A stretch of DNA of 64,000 bases, taken from positions 1,364,001 through 1,428,000 of the forward strand of contig MCFH01000001.1 of the NCBI GenBank assembly GCA_002104945.1, given 5' to 3'. The DNA comes from Piromyces finnis finn. Taxonomy: Eukaryota; Fungi; Neocallimastigomycota. The notes beneath the pieces are model-generated. The model saw nothing but the letters and a program-made list of their open reading frames with translations. It was not told the DNA's origin and did not search any database. Positions within the stretch are counted from its first letter, which is position 1. Each line of letters starts with the position of its first letter. The position numbers and the translations under genes were made by a program. Below, piece by piece: positions 1 through 16,400 of this stretch.

Positions 1-42
1 TATTAAATATTTAATTGTATAAAAATTATAATGTATTATTAG

Positions 43-3000
43 GGCATGAAATTCAATGGTACAATTGGAATTTTCCCAAGTAATTATGTTATTGATAAAA
101 ATATAAAAAATGTAGATGTAGAAAAATTATTAAATTATAGAGAGAAATCCCTTAACAAAACAACAATAAAGTTAAAATCACCAAAACAATCTAGTAAATC
201 CCCAAAACAATTATCAGTCGAACCATCAAATTCACCAGATTCTCTTAAATCCCCTCAATCATATAAATCTTCAAAGTCAACAAAATCAAACATATCTCAA
301 GTTTCACCGAAATCTCCTACAACCAAAGTTTCTTCTCCAAAATCCCCTAAATCACCTATAACAAAATCCTTATCTCCAAAATCACCTAAATCCCCAATAA
401 CAAAAGCCTCACCATCACCAAAGTCACCTAAAAAATCACCAACAACACTCACTATTGAAATGACTGATACAATTGATAAAAATTTCAAAAAAGGTAAATC
501 ATCTAAAAATGAGTCATTTGTTTATAACGAAGAAAAATCTGAAAGTCCAAAATCACCAAAAAAATTATCAAATCAAAAATCACCATCAAAAGTAGTTATG
601 AGTTTCTATACAGGTCAAGAAAGTTGTCATGGTAGTATCATACGTTTGTCATCAGCAGATGATCATGAATTATCAGATTCAATGATATTACCATTACCAC
701 AAGAAAATAATGGTGATGACTCATTAATAATAAATAGAAAAGATAGTAAAAAATCAAAGAATGGATGTAATATATCTATTAATACAAATCCAATTGTTTT
801 CAATAGTAGTAATGTTCCAAAGTCACCATATTTAATGCGTACTCCACGTAGTGCTACTAAATCACCATATTTAAGTTCCCCAAAACATAATTCATATACT
901 CCTCAGAGTGCAACCGCTAAATCACCATATATTCAAATGAAATCATGTTTAAAACATAAAAGTACTAGTGTACCATCTTCGCCAATAAAGAAATATGATA
1001 ATAGTGTTCCAATGATTAATACAATAAATATTAAACCAAATATAGCAACCATGGAAATCGAAAATTTAAGTGGTATTTCTGGTGCATCAAGCTTATTTAG
1101 TCCAAATCGTACAACTAGATATATGGATGATTTTATGTTAGATGATAATGATCCTGAAAATCCAAAAAATTGGAATGTCGATGAAGTAGCAGATTGGCTT
1201 TATAAGATAGGCTATGTTTCAGCTTCGTCATTCTTTAGAGAAAAGAAAGTTGATGGCAAAATGTTAGTTCAAATGAATTTACCAACTCTTCGTGAAATAG
1301 GTGTAAGTACATTGTCAGAAAGAATTACTCTATTACATTCAATTTTATCATTGAAAGAAGAATATTCATCAAAATGTTTTGAAGAAATGCTATATAGTGG
1401 TAATGTTACATCAGAGACGTTGGCATCACCAGTTAAACAAAGTACTATAGATGGCAATTATTATCAAATGGAAATGAATAATATGTATGAAAAAGCACTA
1501 AAGAATCCAAATATTGATGATGAAAAGAAAAAGGTAAGAAACGTAACTAATTAATTTTACTATTATTAATAATATATATTTTATAAAATATACATTATAT
1601 ATATTATATTAATTTCTATAAATACATTTAACATTATAGAAACTTAAAAAAATGATGTCTACATTTACAGTGAGTGATTATTTAACAGAATCTCCAAATC
1701 GTGATCAAGAATATATGCAGTTACAGAATCAATTATTAAAGAAGCAACAATTACAAAATAAACAAAATGGTAGAGGTCAATTAACAATGAATCAATATAA
1801 TAATGCTTATAATGAATCTCCAAAACAATATTATATGTCTGATCAATATGGAAGAAATATTCCAATGATTAATAATAATTCTAACCAAGCAATTACACAT
1901 AATAACATGATGATGATGCAAAATTCTAAAAACTTTGTTAAAGGAAATAATAATATGTATAAGATAGAAACAAATGTATCCCCATTAATGAATGAACATA
2001 GTGCAAATGAGTATTCTCAAAATAGCACTATAGTTAATCCTCTTTATATAATGAATAATTCAAGTAATTATTGTAATGATATAAATCAAGGTCAAAATAG
2101 AAATAATGAAAATAAGAAAGAGGAAAAAGAAAGAAGAAATAGTGGTCGTCATCTTTCATTTTCTGAACCAGAAAAAACATATATTCATGAAACAATTAGT
2201 CCAAAGGTTAAAGATAAAAAACATAAATATTTGAATCAATATCATGATTTTAATTTAGCAACACGTCAAGGATGGCTTAATGTTAAATATGGTACATTTA
2301 AAATATGGAAAAAGAGATGGGCTATTCTTGTTTATGATACATTATACTTGTTAAAAGATCAATATATTAACAATGAGGTAATTATATATATAAATATATA
2401 AATATTTATTATAATTAATATATTTATAAATGTATTTATATATATTTATATTCGTTATATTTTAAATAATTTTTAATTAATATATATATATGTATATATA
2501 TTTTCTTAATCGAATTAATATCAAATGAACTAGAAACCACCAAGAATCGTATTAGTATTACAAATCACTCCAAATAATAAAATTGATTCTGATAAACAAG
2601 ATTCAAAAAAGTTTAATTTCAAGGTTAAGGATCCAAAATTAGGAACAATTCATTTTGCTACAGATTCCCAACTCAGTATGATTACTTGGGTTAATTTATT
2701 TGTAAGAATTATAATGTCAAATCCAATAAAACAAATTCAACTTTATCCATTAAAAGATCAAAAGTTCTCTAATAATTATTTTATGGCTAATTCTAATGTC
2801 AATAATGTTGAAATTGGTGACCATTTCTTGATTAATAGAAAAGAGAGATATCAAGATGTACAGAAGAAAGAGTATAAACCAGAAGGTGAAATAAATAATA
2901 GTTTTAATGATAGAACAATAAATAGATATAATAATGAAGATGCTAGTAACTATGATATGCAAACTTTAAAGGAAGTTAATGCTCTTCAAGAACAATTTAA

Positions 3001-3838
3001 TAATATGAAGTGTGATATATATAGTATGTCAACTATTGGTAGTAATTCAAATTATAGTAGTCCTGTTAATAATAATAATAATACAATATTAAATCCAACA
3101 ATAAAACAAACACAAATGGTTCAGCAACAACTTCAACAACAGTACAAATATTTATTACAACAACAACAACAACACCAACAATTACAGCAACAGCAACAAC
3201 AACACCATCATTATCAAATGAAAAAACGTAGCAATGATCTTACAATTGATACTCACTTTAATAATAATTATGATACTGTCAGAAAGGGAAAACATGATAA
3301 TAATGTTATGTTTAACATAGGTGATAGAAATGATCGTCATGGATTAACTTTAGATACAAATATTCTTAGCGGCGAACAAACATTATTGAGTGGTGAAACT
3401 ACATCAGCAAGAAATACAATTGTTAATAGAAATGATATGTATATTAGTCCAGGAAACATGAGCTACATAAGTAATGGAATAAGTACAGGTAGTACAAGCA
3501 ATAGTAATAAGATGAATAATACTACAAATAATTATGCACCAGCTATGAATTATAATGCAAGAATGTCTCTTTATACCCCTGTTTCTAATGCAGATGAAAC
3601 TTCTCCATATTATGATTCTTCAAGTTATCAAGAAAGTAATAATTATAAATATACTACTCAAGAAAATAGACTCTCTGATCTTACTATGGATCCTTACACA
3701 GAACTTCGTAAATATAATTATCTTTCAAATATTCCAAGATCGGCTGAAAGTATAAATGAAAATTTAGTAGAGTCATTTAGTAAAAATAATTATTTATCTA
3801 ATTTACCAACACCAAATAATGTTAATACTTACACTTAA
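43..3838 (+). CDS. Boi1/Boi2/Pob1-like polarity scaffold (SH3-SAM-PH), 5'-truncated by the window edge
   Basis: Exons 43-1533, 1640-2377 and 2534-3838, joined by phase-0 GT-AG introns that keep frame. End of an SH3 domain (GMKFNGTIGIFPSNYV), a SAM domain (NPKNWNVDEVADWL...DGKMLVQMNLPTLREIGV) and a PH domain (RQGWLNVKYGTFKIWKKRWAILVYDTLYLLK...IHFATDSQLSMITWVNLF). This domain order is that of the Boi1/Pob1 family. Confidence 0.8.
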
Positions 3839-5258
3839 AAAGTAAAATAAATTTTTGAAAATCTTAAAGGTTATATATATGATTTAGCAAAATAATTTTT
3901 ATTTTTAAGAATTAATTTATTATCATTATATAACTTTTTTTTTATTTAATAATTTTTATTTTAGAGATAATTTTTTTTTTTTTAATAAAAATTATCAAAG
4001 TTATCTATTATATTTATACCTCTTTTTTTTTTTTTTTTTCCCCATAAAATCTAAAAGATTATTTAAATATTAATATATATTAAATTGCTATTAGAATACC
4101 TTTTTTTTTTTCTTTTTTATATTTAAAGAAAAAAAGTAATTCTAATAAGGTTAATTATTCAATGACTTAATTTTAATATATATTATTATTAATAAAATTT
4201 CAAAACCTACAATATTTAATTCTCTTTATCTGTAATTAAATATTTTTTTTCTTTTTTTTTTAATATAATTAATAATTTTATACTCATTTATAAATGTATA
4301 ATTTCACTCCTACATTTTTATTTTATTTTTGTTTTGAACCAACCAGTATCTATTGGTATTTTTGTAAATAATTTAATTCATAAATAAACATAAATAATTT
4401 TTTTTAATTTATTAATTACAAAGAATATTATAATAAAAAATAATTTTATTTTTTTTATTGAAAATATGTTTAAATATATTTGATGCCTTTTTTAAAAAAA
4501 AAAAAGTGTTCCTTTTTATTTTTTCTCCTTCCTTCTTTTTTTTTAACTTAATGGTGTAGCAATATCCTAAATTATTATTTCAATATATTCCACTTTATAA
4601 ATTTTTAAATTTCCTTAAAATATAGAGTTGTGTGTAACTATTTTTTTTAACCCAATATAAAAAACAAAAACTTTTAAATTTTTATAATATTATTAAAGTT
4701 TTTTTTTTTTTTTATTTTTTATGTAATTTTTTGTTTTGTTTTTATTGTTTTTTTTTAAAGATTAAATATTAACTAAAAAAAAAAAAAAAAGAATGTGTAA
4801 TTAATTGTGTATTATTTTATATAAAAGTTATTTACAATAATTATTTATTAACAACTTTTATATAAAAATATATTTATATTTTTAGAAAATAATTTTTCAT
4901 TTTTCCTTCTTTTTTATTCTTTTCTATTTTTTCTTTTGGATCATAAATTTTATAGAATTTTGTTCTATTTATTTTTAATTCTCTCTAATAATATGATATG
5001 TGCAATTATATATGTTTTTAATTATATATTATACATCAATGATTTTTATTATTATATTTTGTAAACTTAAAAATTATTGATTTTTTTTTAATTTTTTTTT
5101 AAAATTGAATATTTATAAGATACGAGATTTATTTCAATAATTCAGATATTTATCATTTTAATAATTTTGATACATAAATGAATTATGAAGTTAAAAAAAA
5201 AAAAAAAGAAAATAACATATTAATAGTATCTCTTAGCATTATCTATTATCAAATGTTT

Positions 5259-6794
5259 CTAAGCTTCTAATGAGAATCCAAAACCAAGTTTACCAACACC
5301 ACCTTGTCCTTTAGAGTAATCCATATCAGCAGATAACTATTAACATCATAAAAAAAATTAAAAAGTTAGAATTTATTTTTTATTATTATTTATTTAATTA
5401 TATATTAAAAATGTTATTATAATTATTATTTCTTTGTTACTATTTAATTTATCATCATTATTAAAACTTACAGTGAAGTTGAAACCTGGTGCCAATCTTT
5501 CTTCTAAAACAGTACCAATCTTACCTTTAGAATCAATAATACCACGTATAGTAGCATAATGGGTATCTAATTTGAAACCAGCTGTACATAAAGCTTCTTT
5601 TCTTCCATTAATTAAAGCTTGTAATTCAGTAGCCATTTCTAATCTGTGATTTAATTTATAGAAATATGATGCATTAAATACACCATTAGCTGGTTGGTAA
5701 GTAGCAGTTAAAACATATCTTGGAATGTATGGTGGTGGTGGTGGTGTATTTGGACGTGGTGGATATTCTTTTGCTGATTCAGTCATTCTATTGTAATGTT
5801 CGTTAAATCTTCCTTGATATCTAGCAACAAATGAAATGTTAGATTCTTCCATTTCTGGTGTTTGTTTTTGAAGTAAGTATTCAGCACCAACAGTTAAATG
5901 CTTTGTAATTGACTTAAGGAATGATGCTATAAATATACCAGTTGTTGAAGTATTTTTACTATTACCGAATAAATGTTTGTTATCTGGAATTGGTTCAGCA
6001 TAAACTGGTGGTTTGTCAACAATATTTGGATTGAATAATTTAACATTAATTGCGTAGTCTTTACCAACATGGTCATGTTCTAAATTAATTACAGAATGAC
6101 CATCATCGGTTGAAAGTTGAGCAACAAATTTAGTTGTACTTTGTGGATGTGGGCGAGAAATGAATTCTGCTTGTTCATAAATAGTGTGGAAAAGTGGTGG
6201 TGGTGGTGGTGTTTTCCAGTTGTAATGAGCTCTAGCGAATAAACTACCATCTGTATCAATTTGACCTTGAAGTAATGACTATTTATTTATTTTTAAGAAG
6301 TAATATAAATATATTAATTACAAAATTTTATTTATAATATAAAGTTTATTATTATTTAAATCATTAATATATCATATTGTTTTTGTTTATTAAAAAAATA
6401 GCTCGATTATTAAATTTTATTAAACAATTATAATATTATTATTACTTTAGCTCCACCATATACAGCACCGAAAATATATTGATTTGGGTTAGCTTGAGAA
6501 GCAAAACTCATTAAATGAGTAACTTGGAAATTTGGTGATAAATTTGATTGTAATTCAATTTTAGCACCTTCAAATAAATACTGTGGTGAGGCGAGAACAC
6601 CTATTTTAATAAAATTTAATATTGTTAATTTTCAAACATTTTTATAAAAACTATTGTTTTTATAAATATTCCAATTTAAACATCTTATATTGTTTATACA
6701 TACTTTTAGCTTCTCTATGTAATGATTCAAAACTTCCTGGACATGGAAGATCCAAATTTTCTCTAATTTTTCTAACACGATCGAATAAACCCAT
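5259..6794 (-). CDS. TOM40: Tom40 outer-membrane translocase beta-barrel (mitochondrion/hydrogenosome), 376 aa
   Basis: Exons 6794-6704, 6600-6446, 6278-5472 and 5336-5259 close in frame. Motifs LPCPGSFESLHREAK, FEGAKIE...NFQVTH, LLQGQIDTDG, EHDHVGKDY...KLFNP, IRGIIDSKGKIGTVLEERL and terminal KLGFGFSLE (beta-signal). Confidence 0.93.
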
Positions 6795-7550
6795 GATTTT
6801 TTTACTTATGTTATTAATTAAAATAAACTTAAGATTAGTTTATATACATTATTGAAAGATAAGTTTTGGTATTTAATATATATTTTAGATTGAATTATTA
6901 AAATTTTATACAATAAAATTATAAAAATAATAAATTTAATAAATAATTTTATAAGATTTTTTTTTCTTTTTTCTCGTTTGCATCTTTTTAATTATATTAT
7001 TAATTTAAATCTTTTTATTTTTAATAAAGTAATACATAATTATTTCTCTATTTCTTACCTTCTATTAGATTATTTTTTTTAAAAAATAAAGTATATAATA
7101 AAAATAAATTACAAATTTTTCTTTTCTTGGATAAATTATGATTTTTTTTATAAATAATATTGTTAAGCAAATAATAAGATTATGATATTATGTTTCCTTA
7201 TTATAACTTCTTAAAAATTGAAACTAAATTAATTATAAGTTTTTAATACAATAATTTAATTTCAACTTAATTCATATTAAATCCAGAAAATAATTGCGAA
7301 GTAAGAAAAAAAAAAAAAAAAAACCTGTATATATATAAATATATATAATAAAATTTTATATAAAAAAAACTTTTTGATTTAATATATTATAATATAATGT
7401 AATATATATTTCTAATAAAAATATATGAATTATAATTTTCAAAATTTAACATTAAATATTATTTATTTTGTAATAATGTATTGAAAATGTAATGTAATAA
7501 TAATATGCAAAGATTTTTTAAATAATTATTATATTTTTTATTTTTTTACT

Positions 7551-7576
7551 ATATTGGGCTGATTGACGTCCAATCA
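7551..7576. promoter_or_regulatory. Putative cis-element cluster: opposed CCAAT boxes around a CRE-like TGACGT core
   Basis: ATATTGGGCTGATTGACGTCCAATCA is a GC-rich island in very AT-rich DNA, about 760 bp upstream of the TOM40 ATG. It contains the dyad GATTG-ACGTC-CAATC. Confidence 0.3.
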
Positions 7577-8042
7577 TATTTTAATATAATATATTATAAT
7601 ATATATTTTTTGTTGTTTGTATTTTTTATCCGTTTTATGAAAAAAAGATTAGGGAAGAATAGGAAACTATATTTATTTAATAGAAGAATCATTCATTATA
7701 AAATTATCATTATATAGCAAAAAAATATTTAATTTTTTATATATACATTTATATTATTATTATTATTATTTTTTTTTTGAAGTTTATAATTAAATTAATT
7801 TAAATAGGTAGATTAAAAATTCTTATGTAAATTTAGTGACATTTGATAAAAGTATATTTGAATTATAACTCAAAAAGCTAATATATAATTATTATTGATA
7901 TGAATATACATATATTTAAATATTTTTAAATCAATAAATCTTATTACACTTTATTTCAAATATCATTTTAATAATAAGTTAATAATAAATATATATTAAA
8001 TAGTTTTTTAAAAAAATTTGTTAATACATTATAGTTTAATAT

Positions 8043-11512
<3,470 letters not shown>

Positions 11513-11986
11513 AATATTCATAATTTTTATAATTTTAATTCTATTATTTTCTATTATTATTACCTTTATTACTATATATATATATATATTTAATTTTCTT
11601 CTATTTTTTATTTTTATTTCTTTTTTATTTCTTTTTCGTTTATTTTAATTAAAATCTTTCATTATTTTAAATAATTATTATATATATTTTAATGTTTTTG
11701 GAGTATTCAATTATATAACTATTTTTTCGTAATGATATTAAAAAAGTTTTATTATCTTTTGAAAATAGAAAATTATTTTTTTATTTAATATTATAATTTT
11801 AGTTGATTAATGACCGTTTCAATAAAATTAAATATTACAGATTAAATTTTTAAATCTATTAGTTTCTTTACTTTTTTTTTACTTTTTTTTTTCTTTTTTT
11901 TTTCTTTTTTTTTTTTTTTGTAGTAAAATTAAAAATTTATTTTTTTATTATAAAAATTTATTTAATTATATATTGAAACCTTTATT

Positions 11987-12196
<210 letters not shown>

Positions 12197-13433
12197 GAAT
12201 ATGGAAATTTATATATTAGTTAATTTCCATTATTATTTTATTATAAAATTTTTATTATAAATTACAGTTTTATTTGTATCATATTCATATATTTTTTATT
12301 TTTATTTATATTTTTATTTTATTTTTAAATTATCATTAATCTATGTTATTTTAATATATTTATGCAATCATGTAATATACACATGTAATTTATGAATTAA
12401 ACATCTAATAAATTATTGGTAAATATTAATTAAATAAAAGTTTTTATTTATGCAATTTAATTAAAATGGAAAGATGATCATTAAAGTTAGTTTCTATAAT
12501 AAATAAAAAATTAAATAAAACTATTAATTTTTGATATTAACTAGAAATTAAGATAACTATTGTATTAAAATACTCAACACTTGAAAAATTTCATGTACAC
12601 CCTTATTTACTTGGATTATATAAAAATAAACGATAAAAATTTCTATCTTTAAATATATCTTTATATTAATACAATTAATTATCATCGCATTTTTGAAATA
12701 ACTTGAAAGTTTATTTAAAATTTTATTATCCTTGTTAATTATATTAAAATAACACATGAAATTATTACTCAATTCAAAAAATTAAATATATTTATTGCAC
12801 TTTAAAATTATTTTAATTGAATATATAATATTAAATGAATAAATTTTAATTTTATGTTACTTATATTTTTATTTATACTTTTTATTCTTTTTATTTTTTT
12901 TATTTATTTTATTATATATATTTTTCTTTCATATTTTTATTTACTTTTCCTTATTATATATGTTGATTTTATTAATTTATTATACTTCATTTTAGAAAGT
13001 TTAAACTTAATTTTTTTTTAAATTTTTAACAATAATATTAGTTAAATATTTATTATTTGGATATTATATAAAATAAATCATTAAAAAAATATATAAATTA
13101 TATAAACATTAATTATATATATATATATATTTTAATTTTTTTTTCTTTTTTTTTTCTTTTTCTTTTTCTTTTTTTTTTTTTTTTTTCTTTTTTTTTTTTT
13201 TATTATTTTTAACTATTACTATCATTTTCATTTTCATTATTAATAATATTATTATTATTATATTTTTATTTTTTTAATTTTTTTTTCTTATTAAATTAAT
13301 AAGAAATTAGAATGAAATAACATTTAAGAGTTAAAAACAAATAAATAACCATAATCAATTTATTTTATATTTATTAATAATTATTTAAATTGTTTATTAT
13401 TATTATTATTTTTTGTGATTTATTAGGGAACAA

Positions 13434-16400
13434 TTATAATTTTGGTTTTAGTGTGGGTTGTGGATCGTCTTCACTTATGGTATCTTCCGTACTATCAGCA
13501 ATACTCGAATTCTTAGACTTTGCATCATCTTTATTATTTAATTCTTTTGAATTATTCTTTTTTGTGTTATGTAGAGATAAGTACCATAATACACAACGTT
13601 CGGCCTTTCTTCTATCTAATCTAGCGGAACTTACTGTATCATATAAAGATTTCCAAAGTTGAGAGTTTAATGGTACTAAATCTTCACATAAAGTTATTTT
13701 TTCAGATGAAGCCAGTATTGAATTTTCTTTTTCTTCATTTTCTTGTTGGTCATTAATATTTTCTTCGTCATCTTCATCATCTTCATCTACATTTCTTCTA
13801 TTTTCATCATTTTTTCTATTTTTTTGATGTATTGAATGTATATTTTGACAATTGAAGTCAATAATAATGCAATTATTTAATACAATTTGTTTAATGATTT
13901 CTAGTAAAATTTCCATAACGGGTATGCTAACACATTGAATTTGATCAAATAATATTGTAATAAAATGACCTCTTTCAGTTGTAAGTTGTGCTTTATAGGA
14001 GTTATTTTTACCATTATCTGAAGTATTTGATGCATTTGATGTTATTAGTTCAGAATATTTATATATTTTATTTGTTAATTTTAATAAGCAGCGTAAGGTT
14101 ACAATATCACATTCTTCACTATTTATATGATTTTCAGAGCTTTGGTTATTATGCTTTTGTTCTTGTTCCATAGTATCATCATATATCATTACATTCTCTT
14201 CCTCATTATCAGTAAATAATGATTCTGAATTGTTAAATGATATAAATTGTGATAAACCACGAATCAATGAGAAATATCCCTGTCTAAGTCTTTGACAATC
14301 TATATTATTTGGATAATCCTTTATATATACATACATTAAATAATATTATAAAAACTATTATTAATTTTATCATTAACGAATTATTATTTTTAATTATATT
14401 TTCTTACATGAATTAATAAATTAGAATAATCATCAGCTATGGACAATATTAAATGTTTGAATTTCTCAGGATTTTCAAAAATTGAAAGGCATGTCTTATG
14501 TGATGAGTTAAACAAATCATAATTTATGTTATTTGTATTGTTTTTTGAATCTGTAACTTGTATTGATAAAAATCTAAAAATCATAATTATTATTATATAT
14601 ATGTTAATTTTTAATATTAAAAATCTTTAATATTAAAACCTTTAATTAACTTACTGAGTAATTGGTCTATACATGAATTGATGTACAAAACGTGGTGATA
14701 AATGTGATATTAATCTTTTTGAAACATAAAGGAAGAATATAAATCTATACTTTTCCATAGTATTAGAATTAACTATATAATTTAAAAGTATTAATATTAA
14801 ATATGTTCAATAATAAAATAAACCATAATTTATTAATTACAATTGTTTCAAGTATCAAGATAAATGTATTTATTAGATATTTACTATTTATATCCTCAAC
14901 TTTAAATTGTGAAACTACTTCTTCTATTAAATCATCAGGTTTTAATTGTTCAATTTGTGATATAATTTCTTCAATAACATCCCTCCAAATATCAAAACCA
15001 TCTTCTCCAAATGTAACAGTAACAAAATGAAGATATGAAAATGCATTTAATGAATTTAAAATCATACAGGTTCTAAAATCTATTTTTCTTTTCTTTTGGG
15101 GGTCATCTTCTTCATCATATACAGTTGGTGTATGAGGATGTGGATCAAGATATAAACATTTTGTTATCATTGTATAAATGAATAAAAGATCTCTAAAGTA
15201 TCTTAAAATCAATTCTTGTGGTTCTATTTGAATTTAAACATCAACAATATTATTAAAATTAAATTTAAATATTTTATATTTATTAAATAATATTTTATAA
15301 TTATATTACTTATTAGTTTATCATTTGATGTTTTAAAGTTTTCATCATTAAGTTTGCATTCTTTCCATTTAATATATAATTCCTTCAAGAAATTGGTAAA
15401 TCTTTTAATTAATTAATAAATTATTAATTATCATTAATAAAAATATATTTTTTATTAATTATAATATTATTTATTATTTATCAAATCTATTAATTACCCT
15501 TCATATATATTTAATACTCTTTTTTCACCAGCTGATCTTCTTTCCAAATTATATAAATTTTCAAGATGATCAATATGATTCCATAATATGACACCAAAAG
15601 CTCTTGATTGCTTCCCTAAAGAATTAAATAACGGATTTTCTAATTTTTTTGTAAATGCTTCTTGATAGGTAGAGTCCTTTAAAAATTATGTAAAATTTAA
15701 TATATTTATATTTAATTCATAAAAATAAATTATAAATATAAATATACCTTATTCTTTTTTCCTTTGTACATATTATCAAAGAAATCTTCTTCTAATTTTA
15801 ATTCATTGATCATATTATCAAATAAAGCTTTTAATAATCTTTCATCAATAAATAATTTGGAAAAAGTTTTATGATCCAATTCAATTAATTCAATAATATT
15901 AAAGCATTCGGAAAAACAATAAGCCACACATTCTATTATTTATTATTTAAAAATATATTTTGTTTATTTATATATTTGGTATTTATATTTATGTTTTCAA
16001 CGAATTGATAATATATATTATATGTTGTTATATTAATTTTTGTAACAATACCTTTTGCACCTATTATTTCTTCTATTTTTTCGAGTAGAAGTAGTATCTT
16101 TTGAGAAAAAATCTTTGTCATTTTATCAAAAACAAGACTTGATTCATTTGATCTTAATAAATTATCTGTTGTATATGGATGAAAACCTTTCCTATATTAT
16201 ATAAAATCATTTTAATAATTAATATTACATATATATCAATTTTTTTTTTTAATTATTTATTATTGAATTTATAATAATATTATTACACTTACAATATACC
16301 AGCCATTGCATATAATGATTGAACTGGCTTTTCTTTATTATCACAGGATTTTATTATTTCATATAACCAACCATTATTTATGCTATTTCTTTTCTTTTTT

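Noticed and set aside
12460-12790. Slightly GC-richer patch with short ORFs (LEIKITIVLKYSTLEKFHVHPYLLGLYKNKR on plus; 71 aa on minus)
   Set aside because: I found no frame-compatible upstream exon or start, no recognisable motif and no terminal repeats. It could be a decayed fragment but cannot be supported.
13434-13445. C-terminal PKL of the orphan protein as a peroxisomal PTS1
   Set aside because: It is a weak non-canonical tripeptide, and strong NLS motifs argue for a nuclear protein.
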